DNA of 64,000 nucleotides from an uncultured Nitrososphaerota archaeon (lineage in GTDB: Archaea > Thermoproteota > Nitrososphaeria > Nitrososphaerales > Nitrosopumilaceae): positions 512,001-576,000 of the forward strand of contig OY969559.1 in NCBI GenBank assembly GCA_963701075.1, written 5' to 3'. This document shows positions 1 through 11,355 of this stretch, in pieces; position 1 is the stretch's first letter, and the number at the start of each line of letters is the position of its first letter. The position numbers and the translations under genes are program-made. The notes under the pieces are model-generated. The model searched no databases, was not told the origin of the DNA, and worked only from the letters and a program-made list of their open reading frames with translations.

Positions 1-632
1 TACTTTCACAGAATAACGTCGATGGAGTTGTAAATCAACTAGTCAAGTACAACTATGGAACCATCCTGATGCAGCATCTTGAGACCTATCAAAAGACAGG
101 AAACCAAGGGCCAATGATGTCTGCACTGCAGGCTCATTACTATCAGAATTTGTTGGAATCACTCAAGTTCTTCCAAGGTGACGAGGGTATCATTCGTGAT
201 CTCTTTAGAACAGAGATAGACAAAAAGAATGTCTTGATCCTTCTAAAGGCAAAAGAATCTAACCTTGACAAAGACATACTGAATAGGCACATTATAGAGG
301 GAGGAAAGATCTCAAAAAGCGAACTCTTGGAGATCTATAACGCAAAGGATGTACCAGAAATAGTGGGCAGAATCGAGAATCGCTTTATGTTAGTTAATGC
401 ATTGGCTTTATACAAGAAATCAAAAAGTCTAATTGATTTTGAAGTTGCTTTGGATAAATTCATAAATTCCGAATATGTGAACAAATTGAAAAATATTGCA
501 TTATCAATTGGAACTATATTCTACTTTATTCTTAAAATGGAACAAGAGCTTGAAAACATTAAAAGAATTGCATATGGCAAGCGCTATAACCTTTCAACCG
601 AGCACATCAACTCGTTATTGCTAATAGAGTGA
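1..632 (+). CDS. atpC: V/A-type ATP synthase subunit C (5' partial)
   Basis: Frame is open from the window edge; C-terminus 'YFILKMEQELENIKRIAYGK' typical of subunit C; directly precedes F-A-B-D. Confidence 0.85.
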   Translation, partial: LSQNNVDGVVNQLVKYNYGTILMQHLETYQKTGNQGPMMSALQAHYYQNLLESLKFFQGDEGIIRDLFRTEIDKKNVLILLKAKESNLDKDILNRHIIEGGKISKSELLEIYNAKDVPEIVGRIENRFMLVNALALYKKSKSLIDFEVALDKFINSEYVNKLKNIALSIGTIFYFILKMEQELENIKRIAYGKRYNLSTEHINSLLLIE

Positions 633-636
633 GATA

Positions 637-975
637 ATGTCTACACAAAAAACCCAATCAAGTGGCAAGATCGCGGTGGTAGGAGAGCGTGAACTTGTGA
701 TAGGATACAGGCTTCTTGGAATGGAAGATACCTTTGTTGTAAGTGGTGAAGAAGCTAGCAAAACTATCCAAGACTTGTATCATTCAGGAAAGTTTAGTCT
801 TATTATTGCAAGCGATTCTGTAAGAACTACCATCCCAGCAATCTTTAGGAAAAAGATCGAGGCGTCAATAGAGCCGCTAGTTCTATTTATGCCCGCACTG
901 GAAGGAAACATTCAAGAAGAGTCAATTGCGGCACTGGCAAAGAGAGTGTTAGGAATAAGTATACCCACAAGTTGA
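637..975 (+). CDS. atpF: V/A-type ATP synthase subunit F
   Basis: 'KIAVVGERELVIGYRLLG' N-terminal motif; operon position. Confidence 0.92.
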   Translation: MSTQKTQSSGKIAVVGERELVIGYRLLGMEDTFVVSGEEASKTIQDLYHSGKFSLIIASDSVRTTIPAIFRKKIEASIEPLVLFMPALEGNIQEESIAALAKRVLGISIPTS

Positions 976-984
976 TGATAATAA

Positions 985-2748
985 ATGGCTGATGGAATAA
1001 TTTCAAGAATTTCGGGTCCGGTAGTCATCGCTAGTGGACTTGAGGGAGCCCAGATGTTCGACGTCGTCCGTATAGGTGAGATGGGGCTAGTCGGTGAAAT
1101 AATCAGATTAGAAGGAAACAAGGCAACAGTACAGGTTTATGAAGACACTACAGGTCTGCGTCCAGGCGAGAAGGTAACCAACACAAAAAGACCGCTTTCA
1201 ATGCAGCTTGGTCCGGGTCTGCTTACTTCAATTTATGATGGAATTCAAAGACCGCTTGATGTTCTAAGAGAACAAAGTGGAGACTTTATCAGCAGAGGAA
1301 AAGTGATCCCTGCTCTTGATCAAACCAAAAAGTGGGACTTTGTTCCACTGAAGAAAAAAGGAGATAATGTATCTCCTGGTGAAATAATTGGTCAAGTTCA
1401 AGAAACTCCGCTTATCATGCACAAAATTATGGTGCCATACAATGTTGAAGGTCAATTGTCAGAAATTTCAGAAGGCAAGTTTACAGTTAACGATATTGTT
1501 GCAACTGTACAAAACAGTGCCAAAACAGATATCGGTCTTTCAAGCTGGTGGACCGTAAGAACTCCAAGACCAGTTCTTCGAAAACTGGCACCAGAAGAAC
1601 CGTTACTTACTGGTCAAAGAGTACTTGATACGTTCTTCCCCGTTGCAAAGGGTGGAACAGCTGCAATTCCGGGTCCATTTGGAAGTGGAAAGACAGTAAC
1701 TCAACAGCAGCTTGCAAAGTGGGCAGACAGCAATGTTATCGTGTATGTAGGTTGTGGTGAGAGAGGGAACGAAATGACTGAAGTTCTTTCAACTTTTCCA
1801 AAACTCGAAGATCCAAAATCAAAAAGACCATTAATGGAACGTACCATTCTTGTAGCTAACACTTCTAACATGCCAGTTGCAGCAAGAGAAGCAAGCATCT
1901 ACACCGGAATCACAATGGGCGAATACTATCGTGACATGGGTTATGGTGTTGCCTTGATGGCAGACAGTACTTCCAGATGGGCAGAAGCATTAAGAGAGAT
2001 CTCAGGTAGATTGGAAGAGATGCCAGGTGAAGAAGGATATCCAGCTTATCTTGGTAGAAGACTAGCAGAATTTTATGAAAGAGGAGGAAAGGCAATTGTC
2101 ATCTCTCCAGAAGAGCGTGTTGGCTCTCTTACCCTTGTCGGCGCAGTATCACCTCCTGGTGGAGACTTTTCGGAGCCGGTCTCTCAGAACACGCTTAGAG
2201 TGACTCGAGTTTTCTGGGCACTTGATGCAAGCTTGGCATCAAGAAGACACTTCCCATCAATTAACTGGCTTACAAGTTATTCATTATATGCAGATGACAT
2301 GGGAGATTGGTACAAGAAGAATGTTGCACCTGAATGGACAGCACTAAGAAAGGAAGCGCTTGAAATCTTGCAGAAAGAATCAGAGTTACAAGAAATCGTT
2401 CAACTTGTCGGTTATGATGCATTACCAGAACCAGAAAAGGGAGTTCTTGATACAGCACGAACAATCAGAGAAGACTATCTACAACAAAGTGCATATGACG
2501 ATGTGGATACATACACATCAATTAGGAAACAATTCCTGATGCTTGCTGCAATCATAGAATTTGGCAAAATGGAAGCAGATGCAATCAAGAAAGGAATTCC
2601 ATCTACAAAGATAGGAACATTAGAATCAAGAAAGATGATATCAAAAATAAAATGGACAAAAGAAGATCAGGTTGAACAACTAATTAAAGACTTTAAGAAC
2701 AAAATGCAGCAAGAGTTTGAAAGTCTCTTAGTGGAGGTTACACGCTAG
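985..2748 (+). CDS. atpA: V/A-type ATP synthase subunit A
   Basis: Walker A GPFGSGKT, GCGERGNEM, PSINWLTSYS. Confidence 0.98.
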   Translation: MADGIISRISGPVVIASGLEGAQMFDVVRIGEMGLVGEIIRLEGNKATVQVYEDTTGLRPGEKVTNTKRPLSMQLGPGLLTSIYDGIQRPLDVLREQSGDFISRGKVIPALDQTKKWDFVPLKKKGDNVSPGEIIGQVQETPLIMHKIMVPYNVEGQLSEISEGKFTVNDIVATVQNSAKTDIGLSSWWTVRTPRPVLRKLAPEEPLLTGQRVLDTFFPVAKGGTAAIPGPFGSGKTVTQQQLAKWADSNVIVYVGCGERGNEMTEVLSTFPKLEDPKSKRPLMERTILVANTSNMPVAAREASIYTGITMGEYYRDMGYGVALMADSTSRWAEALREISGRLEEMPGEEGYPAYLGRRLAEFYERGGKAIVISPEERVGSLTLVGAVSPPGGDFSEPVSQNTLRVTRVFWALDASLASRRHFPSINWLTSYSLYADDMGDWYKKNVAPEWTALRKEALEILQKESELQEIVQLVGYDALPEPEKGVLDTARTIREDYLQQSAYDDVDTYTSIRKQFLMLAAIIEFGKMEADAIKKGIPSTKIGTLESRKMISKIKWTKEDQVEQLIKDFKNKMQQEFESLLVEVTR

Positions 2749-4140
2749 ATGTCTACCATATCATACAAGACTATTGACAAGATTGCAGGTCCGCTGATGT
2801 TTGTACAAGGAGTAGATAATGCCGCTTATGGTGAAATGGTAGAAATAAAACTTGCAAATGGAGAAAGAAGACAAGGACAGGTTCTTGATACAAGTCAAGG
2901 ACTTGCGGTAGTTCAGGTATTTGGCTCAACTATGGGATTGAACACAACTGGAACTTCAGTCAAGTTCCTTGGAGAGACCGCACAGATTTCAGTATCTGAC
3001 GATATGCTTGGCAGAGTCTTTGATGGACTAGGAAATCCAAAAGACAATGGCCCAAAGATCGTCTCAAAACACAAAGTCGACTTGGTCGGCTCTGGTATTA
3101 ACCCGTATTCAAGGGAAGAACCATCAGAGTTCATTCAAACCGGCATGTCTAACATAGATGCAATGAATACTCTTGTAAGAGGCCAGAAGCTTCCAGTTTT
3201 CTCTGGTGCTGGTCTTCCTCACAACCTACTTGCATCACAAATTGCAAGACAGGCCAAAGTTCTTAGTGCCTCTGAGAATTTTTCAGTGGTCTTTGCAGCA
3301 ATGGGAATTACAAGTGAAGAAGCAAACTTTTTCGTAAAACAATTTGAAGAAAGCGGCGCACTTGGCAGAACTTCGCTTTTCCTGAACTTGTCATCAGATC
3401 CATCAATGGAGCGTTTGCTTACTCCAAGACTTGCATTAACTACAGCGGAATATCTGGCATATGAAAGAGACATGCATGTGCTGGTTATCATGACTGATAT
3501 GACAAACTATTGTGAAGCATTAAGAGAAATTTCAGCTGCAAGAGAAGAAGTTCCTGGCAGAAGAGGATATCCAGGTTACATGTACACTGACTTGGCTTCT
3601 CTCTATGAAAGAGCAGGCAAGATCAAGGGCAGAAACGGTTCTGTTACACAGATTCCAATTCTAACCATGCCAGCTGATGATATTACTCATCCGATTCCAG
3701 ACCTTACTGGTTACATTACTGAGGGACAGATCGTCATGAGCAGAGACCTTCATAGAGCAGATATCCATCCTCCAGTAGATGTTTTGACCAGCCTTTCGCG
3801 TTTGATGAATCAGGGTATTGGAAAGGGAAGAACAAGAGAAGATCATCGAAGTCTTGCAGACCAACTCTATTCTACATATGCACAAGGTAAGGATGCAAGA
3901 TCGCTTGCAGCTATTGTGGGTGAAGAAGCATTAAGTGATCTTGACAGAAAATTCCTAAAGGTGGCTAACAGCTTTGAAAGGAAGTTTGTCAACCAAGGAA
4001 TGGATGAAAACCGTTCCATTGAGCAGACTTTGGATATTGGCTGGGAATTACTTGACGAACTTTCAGACTCTGAATTGAACCGTATCAAGCCTGAGTTTAT
4101 CGAGAAATACAGAAAGAGGACTAGTCCAGGTGGAAAGTAG
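2749..4140 (+). CDS. atpB: V/A-type ATP synthase subunit B
   Basis: [40 protein letters not shown]. Confidence 0.98.
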   Translation: MSTISYKTIDKIAGPLMFVQGVDNAAYGEMVEIKLANGERRQGQVLDTSQGLAVVQVFGSTMGLNTTGTSVKFLGETAQISVSDDMLGRVFDGLGNPKDNGPKIVSKHKVDLVGSGINPYSREEPSEFIQTGMSNIDAMNTLVRGQKLPVFSGAGLPHNLLASQIARQAKVLSASENFSVVFAAMGITSEEANFFVKQFEESGALGRTSLFLNLSSDPSMERLLTPRLALTTAEYLAYERDMHVLVIMTDMTNYCEALREISAAREEVPGRRGYPGYMYTDLASLYERAGKIKGRNGSVTQIPILTMPADDITHPIPDLTGYITEGQIVMSRDLHRADIHPPVDVLTSLSRLMNQGIGKGRTREDHRSLADQLYSTYAQGKDARSLAAIVGEEALSDLDRKFLKVANSFERKFVNQGMDENRSIEQTLDIGWELLDELSDSELNRIKPEFIEKYRKRTSPGGK

Positions 4141-4142
4141 GG

Positions 4143-4811
4143 TTGCCATCAGTAACTAACATTCGACCTACTCGTCTTGAATACATCCGCACAAAAAGAA
4201 GAATAAAGATAGCACAAAAGGGCCTAAAGTTACTAAAACTAAAAAGGCAGGCTCTGATTTTAGAATTTTTCAATACCAGCAAAACTGCAGCCTCTCTGAG
4301 AAGTGCCTTGCAAGCAGAGATCATCAAGGGCTACCAGAGCATAATGATGGCAGAGATGTTGGCCGGTTCCATGAGGTTGGAAAACGAGGCAATGAAGATT
4401 CCCCAGCTTAGTAAATTACAAATCACTTCAAAAAATGTAATGGGTGTTAAAATTCCAAAGATTGGCGGGGGGCAGAGTGACCAGTCTCTTACAGAACATT
4501 TGCTAGAGTTACCGCCATCGATTAACGAAGCAATAAAGGCTTTCCAAAATGTCCACAAGATGGTACTTGAGGTGGCAGAAAAGGAAACAGCACTGCGCAA
4601 ACTTTTGCTGGAAATAGAAAAAACAAAGCGTAAATCAAATGCAATCGAGAATTTATTTATACCTAGATTGCAAGCTGCTGTCAAGTTCATCATTTTTAGA
4701 TTAGATGAGATGGAACGTGATACTTTCATAATGCTAAAGACAGTCAAGCGAAAGATGGGAGAAAGAGAAGAGAAAGCTCGACTCAAAAAGGAGAAGGAGA
4801 TAATTGCCTAG
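4143..4811 (+). CDS. atpD: V/A-type ATP synthase subunit D
   Basis: PTRLE...LLKLKR, KNVMGVKIP, EIEKTKRKSNAIEN. Confidence 0.95.
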   Translation: MPSVTNIRPTRLEYIRTKRRIKIAQKGLKLLKLKRQALILEFFNTSKTAASLRSALQAEIIKGYQSIMMAEMLAGSMRLENEAMKIPQLSKLQITSKNVMGVKIPKIGGGQSDQSLTEHLLELPPSINEAIKAFQNVHKMVLEVAEKETALRKLLLEIEKTKRKSNAIENLFIPRLQAAVKFIIFRLDEMERDTFIMLKTVKRKMGEREEKARLKKEKEIIA

Positions 4812-4930
4812 CTTTAAGAACGCACAACAGAGAAAGTTATACTTGATAATGAGAGCTTTCAAGTTTGGAAATATCTTTGGAACAGTTGCTCTGGTATTAT
4901 ATGCAGGAAGGCATTTTCTAGGAGTTTAAA

Positions 4931-5254
4931 ATGTCAACTGCAGAAAAATACGTCCATTCACTCAAGCAGATAAAAGAAGCAGAAGATAGGACACAAACAC
5001 AAATAGACGAGCACAAGAAAAAAGTTTCAGAAGAATTTAGAAATTTTGAAAGTTATGTATCTCAAACAATCACCACTGTAAAGATTGATGGCGAAAAATT
5101 AGTGGAATCAAATGTGGAACAATCAAGAAAAAAGGCCACAACCGAAACAGAAAAGATAATCGACGATGCAACTAACAAATCAAAAACAGTCTCCGCTAAA
5201 ATTGACGCACAAACTGTACAAGAAATAATCAATACTTTGTTAAAAGAGGTATAG
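4931..5254 (+). CDS. atpH: V/A-type ATP synthase subunit H (G-like peripheral stalk)
   Basis: 107-aa charged helical protein 'LKQIKEAE' immediately upstream of subunit I. Confidence 0.7.
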   Translation: MSTAEKYVHSLKQIKEAEDRTQTQIDEHKKKVSEEFRNFESYVSQTITTVKIDGEKLVESNVEQSRKKATTETEKIIDDATNKSKTVSAKIDAQTVQEIINTLLKEV

Positions 5255-5256
5255 AT

Positions 5257-7270
5257 TTGGTTCTAAAACCTATACCAATGGCACGTATTGCCGTGCTTGG
5301 ATTGAGAAAAGATAGGCAGACTGTAGTCTCAGTTCTTCATGATCTAAATGCAGTTCAACTTGAACCCCTTTCAAAAGACGTTGCGGCACTGTTGAGAAAT
5401 GAACGCGATGATGATACGTACAGGCAAGTCTCAGACCAGCTTTTAAGAATGAAGGCTTTGAAAACTGTCCTGCCTCCAATGTCGGTCACACAATGCCAGA
5501 GATTTGGTTCCATAGGACAACTCTTGGAGGGCGCAAAATCTATTGATATAGACGACAAGGTTGCGTCCTTGGAGCGAGAAAAGGAAACCCTCCTGACCCA
5601 ACTCAAAGAAAATGGAAACAACATAAAGCTGGTTGAAGAGTTCTCATTTTTCCCTGAAGATTTTAATGTGTTGCAACTTTCATCTGCTCATTCTTATTTT
5701 GGTAGAGTGGATCAAAAGAACGCTGCTGGTTTTAAGCAAGCATTACAAATACATGGCCAAGATGTCTTCCTGTATTCAAAGGAAGAAAAAGACGCAACAC
5801 GAATTATTCTAGTCACTTTTCCAAACTTTCCTGCACACGCATTAGCTACTGTAGTCCAAGGGTATAATGTCAAACTTGAGGCCGTGCCCAAACTAAAAGG
5901 AAAGGCGGCAGAACTGAGCCAAAGTCTAAAGAACAAACAAAATGAAATTACTCAAAAAATAAATGAAATTGATAAACAATTAGCAGAAATTTCAAAGGAT
6001 CATTATGTAAATATCATATGCCTCGAAGAACAACTAGAAATTGAGAACAAGAAACTCGAGGTAGTCGATAACCTTGGCGTTACTTCAGATTCCTTTGCAC
6101 TCGAGGGATGGATACCAAAGTCAAAGGTAAGCCAACTAAAGAATAGCTTTGACCAGCATTCCAAGGGAACACTACTTTTTGAGCTGAGAAACCGACGAGA
6201 ACCCTCCAACCTTATTTGGCAATCCAAAGAGATTCAAACTGTTTGAGGCCTTTATCCGATTCTACTCCTTGCCGTCAGGAAAAGAATTCGATCCTACTCT
6301 GATCTTCGGTCTAATCTTTCCTGTCTTCTATGGTATGATGGTAGGAGACTTTGGTTATGGCCTTGTCATCTTACTTGTCTGTAGGTGGGTAATTCGAAGA
6401 GTAGAGGGAGGAAAGAAGAACTTTAACATCATGCCCACACCACTGCGTAAGTTTGCCTTGACTATATTGAAACCACGACAAATGGTAAAGCTAGCAAAGG
6501 CCATGACACCTGGAGCAATTATTGCAATGATTTTGGGATTCACATTTAACCTGTATTTTGGATTCCACCTTAACAATTACCTGTTCAACTATCTTAGCAG
6601 CACATTTGGAATGCACTTTCCGGCAGACGGGGCAATATTCAATCCAATTACTGGCCTAAGACATCTACTGTTGCTTGCTGGATATATTGGACTGGGCATG
6701 GTTACATTTGGGTTAATCCTTGGCATACTTAACACCTTAAGAGAAGGAGAGAAAAAACATGCAATAGGCAAGGTAGGCTGGATACTCTTTGGATGGGGGG
6801 TAGTCCTTACTGGATTGGCGCTATTGCACCACCAGCATGTCAACCCACTTCATCACATAGAGGGAGTTGGCTATGTTGGCCTGATGCTTGCTGGAATTGG
6901 TCTCATGTTCTATGGCGAGGGTGTAAGGGCAGTAATGGAATTGCCCTCAATAGTGAGTCACATTCTTTCATACACAAGAATTATTGGAATTTTGCTTGCA
7001 TCAGTTATTTTAGCTGACGTAATTGACTTTATTTTCACAAAGACACTGCATCACACAATACCTTTCATAGTGCTTGGCACCGTCATACTCTTCATAGGAC
7101 ACATATTCAATATCATCATAGGTGTCTTTGAGCCTGGCATACAGGGGGCAAGATTAGTCTATGTGGAATTTTTCTCCAAATTTTATCACGGTAACGGAAG
7201 ACCATTTAGACCATTTGGATCAACAAGAAAGTATACCTCTGATCAGTACGAGATAAAGGCCAAAGAATAA
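5257..7270 (+). CDS. atpI: V/A-type ATP synthase subunit I (split by a +1 frameshift at ~6186, probably a sequencing error)
   Basis: ORFs 5257-6246 and 6269-7270 join if one base after GAGCT(6181-6185) is removed (…LFEL-ETDENPPTLFGNPK…FYSLPSGKEFDPT); motifs MMVGDFGYG, SHILSYTR, RLVYVEFFSKFY. Confidence 0.9.
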
Positions 7271-7278
7271 TTCTGAAA

Positions 7279-7740
7279 TTAATAGTACTTTAGTTCGTTA
7301 ACATCCAATATTCTAGTACAGAATCTGCATCTTAGAACAAGCCCTGTCTTGTCCACTACATCCATCACAGGCTCAATATCTTCATCACTATTTGAGATGC
7401 AATCAGGATTCGAACACTTGAAAATTCGCTCTATCTCATTTGGCAACGTTACGCGCCTCTTCTCAACCAATTTGTATTCCTTGATTATGTTTACCGTTGC
7501 CTTTGGTGCAATGAGTGCAAGCTTGTTAGTATCAGAATCTTGTAGGAATCTATTCTCCACCTTTATGATATCCTTTTTTGCTACCTTTGAGCTGGGAACG
7601 TTGAGTGCTATTGTAATTACATTGCCATCCTTTCCATCTATCCCAAGTGCATTGAGTACCTTGAGACCCTTTCCAGCTTCAACATGATCAATCACGGTGC
7701 CATTTTTGATTTTTCGAACGATTAGGTCTGATTCTGACAT
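7279..7740 (-). CDS. pyrI: Aspartate carbamoyltransferase regulatory subunit
   Basis: IKNGTVIDH, KKDIIKVE, Zn ligands CSNPDC and CRFC; likely start MSESDL at 7740. Confidence 0.95.
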   Translation of the reverse strand: MSESDLIVRKIKNGTVIDHVEAGKGLKVLNALGIDGKDGNVITIALNVPSSKVAKKDIIKVENRFLQDSDTNKLALIAPKATVNIIKEYKLVEKRRVTLPNEIERIFKCSNPDCISNSDEDIEPVMDVVDKTGLVLRCRFCTRILDVNELKYY

Positions 7741-7782
7741 TGGAATAGTTTTTGTACTACTCATATATAACAGTGAACTACG

Positions 7783-8716
7783 ATGAGCAATACTTTTTTC
7801 CAAAAAGATATTGTCTCGGTACGTGATTTTGATAAACAAAAATTTGAGGAAGTTTTCCAAGCTACCGATAAAATAATTGAGATGAATCCAAACGAGAGAA
7901 GAGAACTTGCGCGAGGAAAAACTCTTGGCTATCTTTTCTTTGAGCCAAGTACCAGAACTCGATTGAGCTTCGAGTCTGCAATGGCTTCCTTGGGGGGCAC
8001 CTCTCTTGGCATAACTGATGCTTCATCATCTTCTGCAAAAAAGGGTGAAAGCCTCTCTGATACAGTCAGAATAATGTCGCTATATTCAGATGTAGTTATT
8101 TTACGGCACCAACTTGACGGGTCCAGTAGATTTGCTGCCGAAGTATCAGAAAAACCACTTATCAATGCTGGCAGTGGAACAGAAGAGCATCCAACACAGG
8201 CAATACTTGACCTCTATACAATTAGAAAGGAAAAGAAACGAATTGACGGTCTTAAGATTGGAATAGTTGGAGACCTAAAATATGGAAGAACTGTATACTC
8301 ACTTTTGTATGCTCTGAGCAACTACAAGGTAGATGTTCGGTTGATATCTCCACCAGCCTTGAAGATACGTTCAGACTCTACATATGAGATAAGAAAAAGA
8401 CTTTCGTATACGGAAACAACAGACCTGGAAGAAAGTCTCGATGATCTAGACGTTGTATACGTAACAAGAATCCAGAAGGAAAGGTTTGCTGATATGGAAG
8501 AGTATGTCAAAGTAAAGGGCAGCTACAAGATTGGACTGGAGCTGACTAAAGAAAATGAAACAAGATGCCATAATAATGCACCCATTGCCACGCCTCGACG
8601 AGATCTCACACAAGCTTGATTCCACAAGTAATGCAAAATATTTCAAACAGGCTCAATATGGAAAGGACACGCGTGCTGCTCTGCTTGCACTAATTCTCAA
8701 CGAGAAAGGAATTTAG
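7783..8716 (+). CDS. pyrB: Aspartate carbamoyltransferase catalytic subunit (+1 frameshift at ~8544)
   Basis: [28 protein letters not shown]; the C-terminal [11 protein letters not shown]…YFKQAQYG continues in the shifted frame to TAG at 8714-8716. Confidence 0.93.
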
Positions 8717-9892
8717 CTATTTCACTATACCTGATTGCTTTAGATATTTTATCTCGTTGACAACGTCATCTACTGGAACATTATTGTATATCATGTAATT
8801 GACAGTATTTTTCACCCATGGTGGAACATAGCTACCATGGATTCCAAGTACGTCTAGCAGTTTGGAATCAGATATCGTAAACGTTGAAAAGCCAGCCCAG
8901 GCTATCAGCGCAGATTTTGCGTCAAGATAAAAGTATTCATCAGTGTTTGGAATGTAATTTGGATCAAAGCCTGAAATCACCACTTTGTGCTGGCCATAGT
9001 TTACGTTGAATGCAACGTGCCAATTTTGTGTATCATTATCTTTACTAGTCAAGGAATTGACTTCCTTGCCGTCTATAGATACCGTAAAGTCTCCGGTGCT
9101 TGACCCGTTAGGAAACATGAAATTAGCAAAATATGGTATCTGCCAAGGATTGGCAGCATCAAAAGATATTGAATCACCATTTTCATCAAAGTTTTGATTA
9201 GTAAAATAGACAATTGAGAGTACGCTAAAATAGAATGTCTTGCCTTTTAACGGAGCTGATATTTCTATGGAACTATCAGTTCCTGGAATGAAACAACTGT
9301 AATAATATACCTGTTTTACAACGGCTGGATCAGGATACATTACAAATTCTGCCTTGGCTCCGGGGTCAATCTTTGGTATGGTCCAAGTGCTTTGTACCTC
9401 GTCGAGGTATTGATTATTTTTGTTATGTACCAATGCATAGACATCAATGTTGGTTACCGTATTATTTCCAGTATTTGTGATAAAGCCTGTCAGGTGACCA
9501 TCAGGATATTTTACAAGGGTTCTGTCATAGTTTACCTCTATGTTTAGGGGGTTACTATTGGTAAGAATAAATGAAACTTGGGGTTTTTGCAAAAGAGGCT
9601 CTCCACTAGTTATCTGTGGAAACTTGAATTTGAAAGGCATGTCCTTTAACGAATAGATTGCAGGAAGGATGCGAGATTCTGAAAATGTAGCATCTCCATT
9701 ATTTACTGTAATCTGGACCTTTGCAAGAACAGTCTGGTTATCGGTATTTTTCACTGAGCCATACACAACATAGATTCCATCGTGATCAAAATATCCCGCA
9801 TATTCATTATCAGGTATGTATACTTCTGCGCTTGCAACATGAAACAAGATGCCAAGCAACACAAAGACAGGTATTATGTAGAAGATTTTCAT
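8717..9892 (-). CDS. Secreted thaumarchaeal protein with Ig-like domains and C-terminal 'VPPWVKN…YLKQSGIV' module
   Basis: N-terminal signal peptide; beta-rich repeats 'G.VKNT'/'GFITNTG'; recurrent C-terminal module. Confidence 0.6.
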   Translation of the reverse strand: MKIFYIIPVFVLLGILFHVASAEVYIPDNEYAGYFDHDGIYVVYGSVKNTDNQTVLAKVQITVNNGDATFSESRILPAIYSLKDMPFKFKFPQITSGEPLLQKPQVSFILTNSNPLNIEVNYDRTLVKYPDGHLTGFITNTGNNTVTNIDVYALVHNKNNQYLDEVQSTWTIPKIDPGAKAEFVMYPDPAVVKQVYYYSCFIPGTDSSIEISAPLKGKTFYFSVLSIVYFTNQNFDENGDSISFDAANPWQIPYFANFMFPNGSSTGDFTVSIDGKEVNSLTSKDNDTQNWHVAFNVNYGQHKVVISGFDPNYIPNTDEYFYLDAKSALIAWAGFSTFTISDSKLLDVLGIHGSYVPPWVKNTVNYMIYNNVPVDDVVNEIKYLKQSGIVK

Positions 9893-9991
9893 CCTGATAT
9901 CGCATGAACTTCATTTAATTTGTATTTATCTTACATTATCACGCGCTTGTTCTACACGTATCAATAGTAGACGCTTCACAATCGTCTTTCG

Positions 9992-10558
9992 TTATTCCTT
10001 GATGATTGAAATGATCTCTGAATCTTCTTCAAATAACTCTGAATTGATCTCGTGTGCCAATCCCCAAGTCATGGCTTCATCTGGAGTAAACGTAGTTCTT
10101 TGGTGCATAATGCTTAGAACCTCAAGGACTGACTTTCCCGTGTTGGCTGCTATGACATTTGCAATGTTTTGTTTGTATACTGTCAAGCGTTTTAGTGTCT
10201 CATCAATCTCTCCTTCATCTAAATTTGATTGCTGAAATGACCAATAGGGCTCATGAATCAAAAAGTTTGCATGAGGTACTGAAATACGTCGGCTACCAGC
10301 ACAATACAACAGTACAGCAATGGAAGATACAGTTCCGATATTGAACGTGGTTATTTTTATGGGTACCCCCTTTAGATAGTTGTATCCTGTTAAACCAGCA
10401 GCCGTATCACCGCCATGAGAAGAAATGAGGATCATAAATTCTCTCATTCCTTCTTTCATCTTGTTGTCTACTGTATTCATTAACGAATTAATTGTAGAAT
10501 TGTTGATCTGACCATTGAGCTTAATCACAACAGATTTTGATTTTAGTGCTTGTGTCAT
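9992..10558 (-). CDS. ClpP-like serine protease (S14-type fold)
   Basis: ISSHGG, GTVSSIA (Ser), FLIHEP (His), 'TPDEAMTWGLAHEI' C-terminal pattern of ClpP. Confidence 0.8.
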   Translation of the reverse strand: MTQALKSKSVVIKLNGQINNSTINSLMNTVDNKMKEGMREFMILISSHGGDTAAGLTGYNYLKGVPIKITTFNIGTVSSIAVLLYCAGSRRISVPHANFLIHEPYWSFQQSNLDEGEIDETLKRLTVYKQNIANVIAANTGKSVLEVLSIMHQRTTFTPDEAMTWGLAHEINSELFEEDSEIISIIKE

Positions 10559-10561
10559 ATC

Positions 10562-10957
10562 TTATTTTAAATCTGCTTTTTCTTCAAGTTGTAGTATCTG
10601 CTGTATTTCTGTTGATGATGTGTCCAGTACTCTTGAAATGAATATCCATCCGTGTGTTTCTTCGATAATATCTTTTGCGGGATGCCACTCTGAAGTTCCA
10701 GGATTAAACTTGATAACCTTGCTTATTTCTGTTGCATTTTTTAGATTTTTGCTCTTTACATAGTAGATGTTGATATCAGTCAAATCTCCATCGGAGAAAT
10801 ACAATGGCTTGTAAAAAATATCAGTAGATTCAATTTGAAAAATCGTAGTAGAATTAGAACCACGATAATCTAGAATGCATGTAAAAAGATCTATCTCACT
10901 TTCAAGCTTGTATATGTGATACTTTGCCTTTGATTTTAACTTGTGAATTATGCTCAT
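10562..10957 (-). CDS. Hypothetical protein, co-oriented 3 bp upstream of the ClpP-like gene
   Basis: ORF track 10562-11020; ATG at 10957 avoids overlap with the next gene. Confidence 0.5.
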   Translation of the reverse strand: MSIIHKLKSKAKYHIYKLESEIDLFTCILDYRGSNSTTIFQIESTDIFYKPLYFSDGDLTDINIYYVKSKNLKNATEISKVIKFNPGTSEWHPAKDIIEETHGWIFISRVLDTSSTEIQQILQLEEKADLK

Positions 10958-10982
10958 ATTTTTCCATAAAACAAAAAAAGGT

Positions 10983-11237
10983 TTAGTGGCAAGAAATATT
11001 CCTTGCCTCAAATGCCTCATTCATTGTGAGGTATTCTTCTATCTTCATCTTGACATCTTCTGGAGTCGTATCGTCCATGCCAGAAAATCCGATCTTAAAT
11101 GCGATCTTATTTCCTGATACGTGAAGATCAGAGAGTTCGATATCTGCATACACGTTAGATAACTCTCTTGTCCACTCCTCTGGATTTGATACACCAAATC
11201 CGTTTGTCTCGATGTTTACAGAAACCATTTTTGTCAT
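10983..11237 (-). CDS. Small acidic hypothetical protein
   Basis: 84-aa ORF with AT-rich TATA-like upstream region. Confidence 0.6.
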   Translation of the reverse strand: MTKMVSVNIETNGFGVSNPEEWTRELSNVYADIELSDLHVSGNKIAFKIGFSGMDDTTPEDVKMKIEEYLTMNEAFEARNISCH

Positions 11238-11355
11238 CTTGTTATTATTAACTAATTGCTTAATATATAACCCTTCTTAATATTAAGGAAAGTATACTAT
11301 AATTACTATTAATAATATGTAAAAAGTTAATATAGTAATTTATGATACACCTGAC

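Noticed and set aside
5257-8716. atpI and pyrB as true pseudogenes or programmed frameshifts
   Set aside because: Core genes with single-base insertions at AGCT and no slippery sequence; best explained as sequencing errors.
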